This document shows, one piece after another, positions 13,100-24,076 of a DNA stretch of 64,000 bases; the first letter of the stretch is position 1, and every line of letters starts with the position of its first letter. The DNA is taken from NCBI RefSeq assembly GCF_009914755.1, contig NC_060932.1; one strand, given 5' to 3'. The notes under the pieces were generated by a model that was given only the letters and a program-made list of their open reading frames with translations, had not been told where the DNA came from and searched no databases. The translations under genes and the position numbers were made by a program. Source of the stretch: the human T2T-CHM13v2.0 reference genome, Homo sapiens.

Positions 13100-14673
13100 T
13101 TGAAGACGGAGGACCGTAAAGGATATAAAGGTTTCACTGAATACTAAGAGCTTGAAAAACTGCTTGGCTGATTTGACTAATAAAGGCTGGTCTGTTATCA
13201 GACTGTATAGAGGTAGGAAGGCTAAACTGAGGAATTATGTCTGACAGAAGGGAAGAAATGACTGTGGTGACCTTCTCAGACCCTGTAGGAAAGGCCTTTA
13301 CTTATTCAGTGAAAGTGTCTATTTAGACTAAGAGGTATTTTAGTTTCCTGACTCAGGACATGTTGAGTAAAGCTAATTTGCCAGTCCTGGGTGGGGGCAA
13401 ATCCTCGAGCTTGATGTGTAGGGAAGGGAGGGGGCCTGAATAATGCCTGAGGAGTAGTAGAATAGCAGATGGAACACTGAGAAGTTACTTCCTTGAGGAT
13501 AGATTTCCACGATGGAAAGGAAATGAGAGGTTCTGAGAGGCGGGCTAGTGGCTTGTACTATAGCATAGCCTGCCTTTGCTGGTGTGTGGCGATTAGGCCT
13601 GGTGGAACTGCCATCAATAAATCAAGCATGATCAGGGTGAGGAACAAGAAAGAAGGAAATATGGGGAAATGGGGTGAATATCAGGTGGATCAGAGAGATA
13701 GTCATGGGGGTCAGGTGTGGCATCAGGAATAATGTGGGAGGCCAGATTGAAGTCCGGGGCAGGAACAATGGTAATTGTGGGACTTAAAGAGTGAGTACAG
13801 CTGAAGGAGCCGGGGAGCAGAAAGTATATGCGTCAGGTATGAGGAAGAAAATAGATTTTGGAAGTTATGAGAAATGTAGAGAGTGAGTTGAACATAGTTT
13901 GTGATTTTTAGGGCCTCTAACAGTATTAAAGCAGCAGCAGCCGCTGCACGCAGACATGAGGGCTAGGCTAAAACAGTAAGGTCAAGTTGTTTGGACAGAA
14001 AGGCTACACGATGTGGTCCTGGCTCTTGTGTAAGAATTCTGACCGCACTAACCATGCCTAGGAAGGAAAGGAGTTGTTCTTTAGTAAGGGATTGAGGTTT
14101 GGGAGATTAATCGGACATGATCAGCAGGGAGAGCACGTGTGTTTTTATGAGAATTATGCCGAGATAGGTAACAGATGAGGATGAAATTTAGGCTTGACTG
14201 AAGTATTGGGGGCTGTCTGTGAAGCCTTGCGGCAGTACAGCCCGGGTAATTTGCTGAGCCTAATGGGTGTCAGGGTCAGTCTAAGTGAAGACAAAGAGAG
14301 GCTGGGATGAAGGGTGCAAAGGAATAGTAAAGAAAGCATGTTTGAGATCCAGAACAGAATAATGGGTAGTAGAGGGAGGTATTGAGGATAGGAGAGTATA
14401 TGGGTTTGGCACCATAGAGTGGATAGGCAAAACAATTTGTTTGATAAGGCGCAGATTCTGAACTAACTTGTAAGGCTTGTCTGGTTTTAGGACAGGTAAA
14501 ATGGGGGAATGGTAAGGAGAGTTTATAGGTTTTAGAAGCCCATGCTGTAGCAGGCAAGTGATAACAGGTTTTAATCCTTTTAAAGCTTGCTGTGGGATGG
14601 GATATTGGCATTGAGTGGGGTAAGGGTGATTAGGTTTTAATGAGATGGTAAGGGGTGGGTGATCGGTCGCCAA
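13100..14673 (-). pseudogene. pol: HERV-H pol remnant (RT N-terminus, deleted RNase H/IN pieces)
   Basis: SPYHSPILPVLKPDKPYKLVQNLR…YSVLDLKHAFFTIPLHP; broken downstream; lower boundary approximate. Confidence 0.88.
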
Positions 14674-14691
14674 GGAGGGAGTAGAGGTATC

Positions 14692-15050
14692 TTATACTTG
14701 TGGGTTAAGGTGGGGGAATACAAGAGGAGGAAGCAAAGGAGGCTTTTGGATTGAGAAGAAGGGCAGCAATGAGATGTGGCTATATCCAGGAATAGTCAGG
14801 GAAGCAGATAATTTGGTTAAAATATCTCGGCCTAATAAGGGAACTGGGCAGGTGGGGATAACTAAAAAAGAGTGCATAAAAGAGTATTGTCTAAGTTAGC
14901 ACCAGAGTTGGGGAGTTTTAAGAGGTTTAGAAGCCTGGCGTCAATACCCACAACAGTTATGGAGGCAAGGGAAACAGGCCCTTGAAAAGAAGGTAATGTG
15001 GAGTGGGTAGCCTCTGTATTGATTAAGAAGGGGACGGACTTACCCTCCAC
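14692..15050 (-). pseudogene. pro: HERV-H protease remnant, frameshifted, active site degenerate
   Basis: FLINTEATHS in place of LxDTGA; [10 protein letters not shown] lies in a different frame. Confidence 0.88.
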
Positions 15051-15130
15051 TGTGAGAGTTACCGGAAGCTTGGCGTCCGTGATGGTCTATGGGGCTTCTG
15101 AGGCAATCAGGCAGCATCAATCTTCAGCCG

Positions 15131-15436
15131 CTAAGCCAAGAAGGAGTCAGTCAGAGAGCCTTGGGCCAGAGTTCCAGGGGCTCTGGGAGTGGCTGCCAGG
15201 TGAGTTGAACAGTCCGATTTCCAGTGTGGTCCCGCACAGATGGGACATGGCTTAGGAGGAATCCCGGGTTGCGGGCATTCCTTGGCCTGGTGGTCAGATT
15301 TCTGGCACTTGTAGCAAGCTCCTGGGGGAGGAGGTTCTGGAGGAACGCCTGGCCGCTGCGGTTCAGGCGTTTGGAAGTTCTTGTGTGCTGGAGATGTGGC
15401 TGGGGTTTGTCTCACAGTGGAGGCAAGGAATTGCAA
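15131..15436 (-). pseudogene. gag: HERV-H gag remnant (nucleocapsid, two CCHC knuckles)
   Basis: CYKCQKSDHQAKEC and CPICAGPHWKSDC; ORF fragmented. Confidence 0.9.
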
Positions 15437-16931
15437 TTTTTTTTTTATTATTGTACACCTTGAAGGTGAGGTTAATTAAGTCCTGTTGTGGGGTTTGAGG
15501 GCCAGATTCTAATTTTTGGAGTTTTATTTAATGTCAGGAGCAGATTGGGTAATAAAATGTATATTGAGAATAAGATGGCCTTTTGACCTTTTAGGGTCTA
15601 GGGCTGTAAAACGTCTCAGGATTGCTGCCGAACGAGCCATGAACTGGGCTGGGTTTTTATATTTGATAAAAAAGAGCCTAAACGCTTCTGATTTGGGATA
15701 AAGAAAAAGGAGCATTAACCTTGACTATGCCTTTGGCTCCAGCCACCTTTTTAAGAGTAAATTGCTGGGCAGGTGGAGGAGGGCTAGTCACAGAAAGAAA
15801 CTGTAAGCCGGACCAGGTGTGAGGAGGGGAGGCGATAAAAAGATTACAGGGTAGAGGAGCGGAGGCTGAGGAAGAACTGGGACCTAGCTTGGCCTGGCGA
15901 GGAGGGGAGGGGTCAGATGGGTCTGTAGAAAAGGAAGATTAGAAAGACTCAGCAACGCTTGGGGTTGGGACTGAGGGGACAGGCGGGGGGGGGGGGGGAA
16001 GAAGGAAGATTTGGGACGAGTTGCACTGGGCACAGAGACTAGGAAGGGACTGATGTGTAAAAGAATGCCTGGACGTCAGGCACCTCAGACCATTTGCCCA
16101 TTTTATGACAAGGATTATTTAGATCTTGTAGGATGGAAAAATTCAAAGTGCCATTTTCCGGCTATTTGGAACTACTGTCGAGTTTGTATTGGGGTCAAGC
16201 GCATTGCAGAAGAAAATAAGATGCTCAGATTTTAGGTCAGGTGAGAGTTGAAGAGGTTTTAAGTTCTTAAGAATATAGGCAAAGGGAGAAGAAGGAGGAA
16301 TGGAAGGTGGAAGCTTGCCCATAGTGAAGGAGGCAAGTCCAGAGAAAAGAGTAGAGACACGGAGAAGGGGTGGGGGTTTCTTGCCCTCCAGAAAAGCAGA
16401 GAAAGGGTTGGGGCATGGAAATAAGGAATTGGGGCACAGAGATAAGAGGTTGGGGTGTGGAAATAAGGGATTGGGGGTTCTTGCCCCCTAGAAAAGCGGG
16501 ACTTGCCGCTAAGGGTGAAGGAGAAGCAGTTGAGGGGTACTTGTCCCTCCCCCAGAAAAGCAGAGAAGGGGTAGAGACAAGGAGAGAAGGGATTGGGGTA
16601 CTTGCCCCTTCCCCAGAAAAGCGGGACTTGCTGCTAAGGGTGAAGGACCAAGGCAGGCGTCCCTGCGTGGTCTGACACCTTTGAAACGTGGGTGAATAAT
16701 CAGGCATCTCTGCAATGATTAAACACCAAGGGAAGGCTGCCTTCCCAGTCCGTGACCAGCACCGGAGTTTTGGGTCCATGGATAAAACGTGTCTCCTTTG
16801 TCTCTCTCTACCAGAAAATGAAAGGAATTGAAATTAAGAGAAGGGAGAGATTGAAGTGTGGCGCCAAGATTGAAAGGAGAAAGAGGTTGAGGGATAGTGA
16901 GGGAAGCTGGAGAAGAGAGTAAAAAGAGGCC

Positions 16932-16940
16932 ACTTACCAG
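16932..16940 (-). promoter_or_regulatory. HERV-H major leader splice donor CTG|GTAAGT
   Basis: Exon ends at 16938; intronic GTAAGT is a perfect +1..+6 consensus, about 125 nt downstream of the PBS. Confidence 0.85.
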
Positions 16941-17063
16941 ATTTGAAATTGGTGAGATGTTTCTTGGGCTGGTCGGTCTGAGGACCTGAGGTCGTAGGTG
17001 GATCTTTCTCACAGAGCAAAGAGCAGGAGGACAGGGGATTTATCTCCCAAGGGAGGTCCCCTG

Positions 17064-17081
17064 ATCTGAGTCACGGCACCA
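17064..17081 (-). other. Primer binding site, tRNA-His
   Basis: TGGTGCCGTGACTCAGAT, 17/18 match to the complement of the tRNA-His 3' end (TGGTGCCGTGACTCGGAT). Confidence 0.95.
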
Positions 17082-17083
17082 AA

Positions 17084-17517
17084 TTTCATGTGCGTCCGTG
17101 TGAAGAGACCACCAAACAGGCTTTGTGTGAGCAACATGGCTGTTTATTTCACCTGGGTGCAGGTGGGCTGAGTCCAAAAAGAGAGTCAGCGAAGGGAGAT
17201 AGGGGTGGGGCCGTTTTATAGGATTTGGAAAGGTAATGGAAAATTACAGCCAAAGGGGGTTGTTCTCTGGTGGGCAGGGGCAGTGGTCACAAGGTGCTCA
17301 GTGGGGGAGCCTCTGAGCCAGGACAAGGAAATTCACAGGGTTAATCACTCAGTTAAGGTGGGGCAGGAACAAATCACAATGGTGGAATGTCATCAGTTAA
17401 GGCGGGGCAGGGCCTTTTCACTTCTTTTGTGATTCTTCAGTTACTTCAGGCCATCTGGGTGTATACGTGCAAGTCACAGGGGATGTGATGGCTTGGCTTG
17501 GGCTCAGAGGCCTGACA
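17084..17517 (-). promoter_or_regulatory. HERV-H 5' LTR (LTR7 family)
   Basis: TATAAAA at 17220-17214, followed by GT box CCCCACCCC and AATAAA; directly followed by the PBS. Confidence 0.97.
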
Positions 17518-20500
17518 AATCCCATTAACAATTCTTGAAAATTTTAGTTTCTCCACATTCTCACCAGCGGTTGTTATTGTCTGTGTTTTTGAGTATAGCC
17601 ATTGTAGTCGATGTGTAGTGGTATCTCATCATGGCTCTAATGAACATTTCTCTTATGATTAATGATTTTGAGCACTTTTCATGTTCTTATTAGTCAATCA
17701 GATGCCTACTTTGGTGAAATGTCTATTCAAGCCTTGGTTCTTTTGTAAATTGGGTTGTTTTTCTTCCTGTGACTATTAAGTGCTCTTTATTTATAATGTA
17801 TATAAGTATTCCATCAAATATGTGATGTGCAAATATTTCACCCCAGTCTGTTACTAGTCTTTTTATTTTGTTAACAGTGGTGTCTTTTAAAGTGCAAAAG
17901 TTTTGTTTTAATAAAATTTATCTTTTTTTTTCTTTTTATGGCTTATGTTTTAGTGTAGCATCTAAGATATTTTAATCCCATGCCACAAATTTTTTTTCTA
18001 AATTATCATTTAGTTTTTACATTCTAGTTCTTACATTTACGTCTACAATCAATTTGGAGTTCATTTTTGTGTATGATGTGAGGTAAGGGTCTAAGATTAC
18101 TCATTTGCATATGGATCTCAAAATTTCCTACCATCATTTGTTGAAAAGATTGTTCTCTTTATATTTATTCATCTTGATATATTTGTTGAAAATTAATTGA
18201 TTATAAATAAAAGGATTTATTTCTGGACACTCATTCCTGTCCTATTGATGTTAATGCCTATCCTTATAATGATACTACACTGTCCTGATTAACTTTATTG
18301 TATGTTTTGACCTTGAGTAGTGTACATTTTCCATTATTTTTCTTCTTTTTCAAAAATTGCTTTGACATTGTTAGGTCCTTTGCATTTCCTTAAAATTTTG
18401 GGTCACGTTGGCAATTCTACACAAAAGCCTGCTATAATTTGACAGGGACTGTGTTGAATCTGTAGATCAATTTGTTAGAGAATTTCCATGTTAACAATAT
18501 TTAATCTATATGTCATTATGAATTATCTTTTCATTTACTTAGATCTTTAATTTCTCTCAGAAATATTTTGCAGTTTTTAGTCTATAAATCTTGCATTCTT
18601 TCATTAAATTTATTTCTGAATATTGAATTCATTTGATACTATTTTAAATAAAATCATTTTTAAATTTCATATTCAGATTGTTCACTGGTAGTATGGTAGA
18701 AGTACAACTGATTTTTTATGTTGATCTTATGTTCTGTGACATTGTAAAACTCATTCAAGTTCTTAGTAATTTTGTGTGTGTGTGTGGCTTCCTTAGGATT
18801 TTCTACATATTGGATCATTTTACCTGCAATAGGCATTTTGACTTCTTCATTTTAAACCAGAATTTCTTTTCTTCTTTTCCTCCTCTTCCTCCTCCCACCC
18901 TTTACTGCCTCCTCCTCCTCCTCCTTCTTCTTATTCCCCTTCCTCTTCTTTTCCTTATCCTCCATTTCCTGCCCCTAGTTTTCCTCAGACTCCTCCGGAA
19001 CAATTTGAATAGAAGACGTGGGTGGGGACATCTCTGCCTTGTTCTTGTTCTTAGGAAGAAAATGTTCCGGGATCTCTGGGGTGTCGATTTTTCTGGCCAG
19101 AAACCTCTGTGGCCACTGCGCCTTTGCCCAAGTTCTTGTCCTGCACCCAGGAAGAATGAGGTGTGCAGACAAGTGAAGAGTGAAGAAGAAGAGTTTTACT
19201 TAGTGTCAGAACAACTCTGAGGAGTAGGTAGCTCCTCTCTGTGGACAGGTCGTCCCGTCGAGTGTTCAGCTCTCAGCAGAGAGGAGGTTCTGGAGAGGGT
19301 GGCTCCTCTCCGCAGGCATCTCTGCAGGTCTCTGAAGCTCTCAGCCGAGAGGGTAGCTCCTCTCTGCCAGCAAGTCGTCCCTGCAGCTCTTGGCGGAGAG
19401 GGCACTCCTCTCTCAGCTGAGGAGTCCCTGGAGAGGTTGTCTCTGCAGCTCTCAGCAGAGAGGAGGCCCTGGAGAGGATGGCTCCTCTCCACAGGTGTCT
19501 CTAGAGGTCTCTGAAGCTCTCAGTAGATGGGTAGATCCTCTCTGCCGGCAGGTAATTTCTGCAGCTCTTGTCCCAGAGGGTACTCCTCTCTCATCAGAGA
19601 GGAGGTCCTGGAGAGGTGGCTCCTCTCCGCGGGCGTCTCTCCGGGTCTGTGAAGCTCTCAGCGCAGAGGGTAGCTCCTCTCTGCCTGCAGGTCGTCTCTG
19701 CAGCTCTCGGCGGAGAGGATGTTCTTCTCTGCAGTTAGTCATCCCATTGTCTCCAGCTATCAGCAGAGAGGGTACGTCTCATTGAAGCTGGTCACCCAGT
19801 CCCATGAACTCTCTCTACTCTCTGGGTCCTCTGGCCATACTCTGCACTGCTCTGGCTGAGCCCAGGGCTCTTATAGACCTCAGAGGGGAGGAAGTGCATG
19901 GGGATTGGCCCATGGGTGGCCATGGGCGGGCCCAGAGAGGCACCATGAGTTCCCACTCTGGTGACGGACTGGCCACCTGGCCCTCAGCCTTCAGGCCCTC
20001 CCTGTCCTGAAGGTGGAGACTTACTGGGGACCTACCCCCTTCCACCCAGGACTCTTTCTGCCTCCCACTGCCATTCAAGGCCCCGGGTCACTGCCCCAAC
20101 CCCACTTCAAGATCAGAACCAGCATCAGAAGCAGAGAGAGGCCAGGCAGTGGGAGCAGATACCCCCGAACCTGCGACGGGGGAGGGTCCTTCCTGCAGCC
20201 CTCTAGGGTGCAGGGTGCAGAGACGCCCAGGTCCTGCGCCTAGGAGGGTGGCCGCAGCCGCACCTGGGAAGGCAGATCCAGCCTGCTCCAGGCCTTCCCC
20301 AAGAGCACAAGGAGGCTCCCATCGAGGGCTGCAGTTTGGGCAGCTGTAGTCCCATCCAGGAGGAAGGGGCTTCTGCTTGCTCCATAGAGCAGGAGGCCTG
20401 GGTCTGCAGCTGGGTTTGGGCAGCTGCAGTGGCACGGGAAGAGCTGCAGCTCCAACTCAGAAGGGGTGGGGCTGCCACCGGCTCCATGGTGCGTGCAGCC

Positions 20501-21260
20501 TGAGCCATGCCTCCTTACTGCAGCCAGCGTGATGGCCACTGCCATCACATTTGGTGTTCTCGTTAAGTGTGATATTAGCTGTAGTTTTTTTTCATAGCTG
20601 TCCTTTATCAGTTTAGGTAGGTTCTTTTCCCAGTTTAAGAGTTTTGAAATTATCAATTGGTGTCAGATTTTGTTAAACACTTTCTGTGTATCACTTGAAG
20701 TGACACACAGATACACAGATCATATATGTGGTTTGTTTTGCCTTTTTTTTCTTTTCTTCTAACTGCATATGATGAGCAATTTTACTACTTTCAAGATTTT
20801 TTCTTTGTCTTTATCTTTCATCAGTTTAACTATGACACATCTGGGTGTAGAAACTTTATCCTGCTTAAAGTTCATTGAGCTTCTTGAATATGTAGATTAA
20901 TATTTTTCATTAAACTTTGGAATTTTTGGTCATTATTAATTTTTTTTTCTATTTTTTTCTCTTTTTGCTCTCCACCTTGGACTCTAATTACACATGCTTA
21001 GTATGGTTGATGTTGTTCCAAAGGCCTTTGAAGTTCTGTTGACTTTTCTTCAATCTTTTTTCTCTGCTATTCAGACTGAATTATAACTACAGTTCTATTG
21101 TCAAGTCATTGATTCTCCCTTCTGTCATCTCAAATTTGCTGTTGAGCCTCTTGAGTGAATTTTTCATTTTAGTTATTGTAATTTTCAACCCCAAATTTCT
21201 ATTTCATCCTTTTCTTTTTAAAAATAATTTCTATCTCTCTGAGTTATTTTTATAAGCATA
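17518..21260 (-). mobile_element. Old L1M ORF2/ORF1 fragments (host of HERV-H and MER52), with (CCT/CTT)n tract ~18865-18975
   Basis: Antisense L1 ORF2 motifs (gtggtatctcatc, catttgttgaaaag, gttgaatctgtagatcaattt). The consensus is split at 19062/20548 by MER52. Confidence 0.8.
19063..20547 (-). mobile_element. MER52-family solo LTR (ERV1), GC-rich with internal tandem repeats
   Basis: Minus strand starts TGATGGCAGTGGCCATCACGCTGGCTGCAG and ends GACACCCCAGAGATCCCGGAACA. Repeated GCTCTCAGCAGAGAGG…GCTCCTCTC units at 19230-19770. Confidence 0.85.
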
Positions 21261-21954
21261 TTTATTTTATATATGGTAAATAATATGTTTTGATATGTAT
21301 ACACAGGCATACATCAGAGATGTGAGTTCAGTTCCAGACTACAGCAATAAAGCCAATCTCACAATAAAGCAAGTCACACAAAATTTTTTTTCTAGCACAT
21401 ATAAAATTATATTTCCAATATACTGTAGTCTCTTGTATGCAATAGCACTATGTCAAAAAAAAAAAAAACCAGTGTGCCTGCCTTAATTTAAAAATATTTT
21501 ATTGCTAAAAATGCCAATGATCACCTGAGCCTTCAGTGAGTCATCACCTTTTTGCCAGTGGAGGGGTTTTGCCTTGATGTTGATGGCTCCTGACTGATCA
21601 GGGTGGTGGTTGCTGAAGTTTAGGATGGCTGTGGCAATTTCTTAAAATAAGACAACAATTAAGTTTGCCATATTTATTGACCGTTTCTTTCATAAAAGAT
21701 TTCTCTATAGCACGAGATGCTATCTGATAGCATCTTATGCACAGTAGAACTTCTATCAAAATTGGAGGCAATCCTCTGAAACCCTGTCACTGCTTTATCA
21801 ACTAAGTTGATGTAATCTTCTAAATTCTTTGTTGTCATTTCAACAGTGTTCACAGCATCGCTACCAGGAGTAGACTGATCTCAAGAAACTACTTTCTTTG
21901 CTCACCCATAAGAAGCAACTCCACATCTATTATAGTTTAATCATGAGATTGTAG

Positions 21955-22268
<314 letters not shown>

Positions 22269-23008
22269 AGGCTCCATTTCTAATTCTAGTTCTCTCGTTA
22301 TTGTCATTATGTCTGCAGTTACTTCCTGCACTAGTCTTGAATCAAAGTCATCCACAGAGGTTGGAATCAACTTCTTTCAAATCCCTGTTAATGTGGATAT
22401 TTTGACCTTCTACCATGAATCACAAATGTTTTTAATGGCATTTAGAATGGTGAATTCTTTCCAGAAAGTTTCAGTTTACTTTGTCCAGATTCATCAGAGG
22501 AATTATTATCTTTGGTAGCTATAGCATCATGAAATGTATTTCTTAAATAATAAGACTTGAAATTAGAAATTACTCCTTCATCCATGGGCTACAGAATTGT
22601 TGTGTTAGCAGACATGAAAACAAAATTAATCTCCATGTACATCTCCGTTAGAGCTCTTGAGAGCCCAGATGCATTGCCAATGAGCAGGAATTTTGAAAGG
22701 AATCATTTTTTTTTTTCAGAGCAGTAGGTCTCAACAGTGGGCTTAAAATATCCAGTAAACCATGCTGTAAACAGATGTGCTGTCATCCGGCTTTGTTTTC
22801 CATTTATTGAGCATAGGCAGAGTAGACTTAGGGCAATTCTTAAGGGCTCTAGAATTTTTGAAATCATAAAAGATGTAGACTTCAATTTAGAGCCACCAGA
22901 TGCATTAGCCCTAAACAAGAGATTCAGACTGTTCTTTAAAGATTTGAAGCCAGTCATTGACTTCTCTCTAGCTATGAAAGTCCTAGATGGAATTTTCTCC
23001 CAATACTA

Positions 23009-23445
<437 letters not shown>

Positions 23446-24041
23446 TTATACTTTTATGTTATGATGATAGCTTCTTTCCTTAAACCTTATGAACCAACCT
23501 CTGTTATCCTCAGTCATTTCTTCTGCAGCTTCCTCACCTCTATCAGAATTCGTAGAAATGAAGAGAGTGAAGGCTTTGCTCTGGATTAGGCCTTGGCTTG
23601 AGGAAATGTTGTGGCTAGTTTGATCTTTTTATCCTGACCACCAAAATTTTTCCCGTACCAGAAACAAGGCTATTTAGATTTCTCATCGTTTGTGTTTTTC
23701 GTGGGAGTACCACTTTCAGTTTTCTTCAAAGGCTTTTCCTTTGCATTCACTACTTGACTACCTGGCACAAGAGGCCTGGCTTTCATCCTATCTCAGCTTT
23801 TGAAGTGCCTTCCTCACTAGGCTTACCCATTTTTAGCTTATGTTTTAAAGTAAGAGATGTGCAACTTTTTCTTCCACTTGAACACTTAGAGGCCATTATA
23901 GGGGTATTTTAATTGGCCTGATCTCGGTATTCTTGTGTCTCAGTGAATATGAAAGTATGAGGAGAGGTAGAGAGTTGGAGAAATAGCTGGTTGGTAGAGC
24001 AGTCAGAAGTCACACATTTATTGATTAAGTTTGTCATCTCA

Positions 24042-24076
24042 ATTGCTTCTCGGCCTTTTGGCTAAGATCAAGAGTG
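24042..24076 (+). pseudogene. 3'-truncated U2 snRNA retropseudogene (U2 nt 1-35)
   Basis: ATTGCTTCTCGGCCTTTTGGCTAAGATCAAGAGTG versus U2 ATCGCTTCTCGGCCTTTTGGCTAAGATCAAGTGTA (32/35). Degenerate 15-bp TSD at 24027-24041 and 24077-24091. Confidence 0.9.

Larger units (their letters stand above)
11870..17517 (-). mobile_element. HERV-H provirus (5,648 bp, env-deleted type), same orientation as CALB1
   Basis: Two 434-bp LTRs (TGTCAGGCC…CATGAAA), tRNA-His PBS, PPT AAGAAGGCAGGAA, gag/pro/pol remnants. 5-bp TSD AATCC at 11865-11869 and 17518-17522. Confidence 0.98.

Noticed and set aside
12304-13100. Possible HERV-H env gene
   Set aside because: No long minus-strand ORF and only about 0.8 kb available; env is essentially deleted.
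16360-16650. Direct repeats in the HERV-H leader (GAAAAGCGGGACTTGC.GCTAAGGGTGAAGGA x2)
   Set aside because: Recalled as an ordinary feature of HERV-H pre-gag sequence, not locus-specific.
18678-19220. 180-aa hydrophobic ORF
   Set aside because: Antisense L1 plus (CCT/CTT)n tract plus LTR junction.
19196-20656. Cluster of ORFs on both strands
   Set aside because: All lie in the GC-rich MER52 LTR and its tandem repeats.
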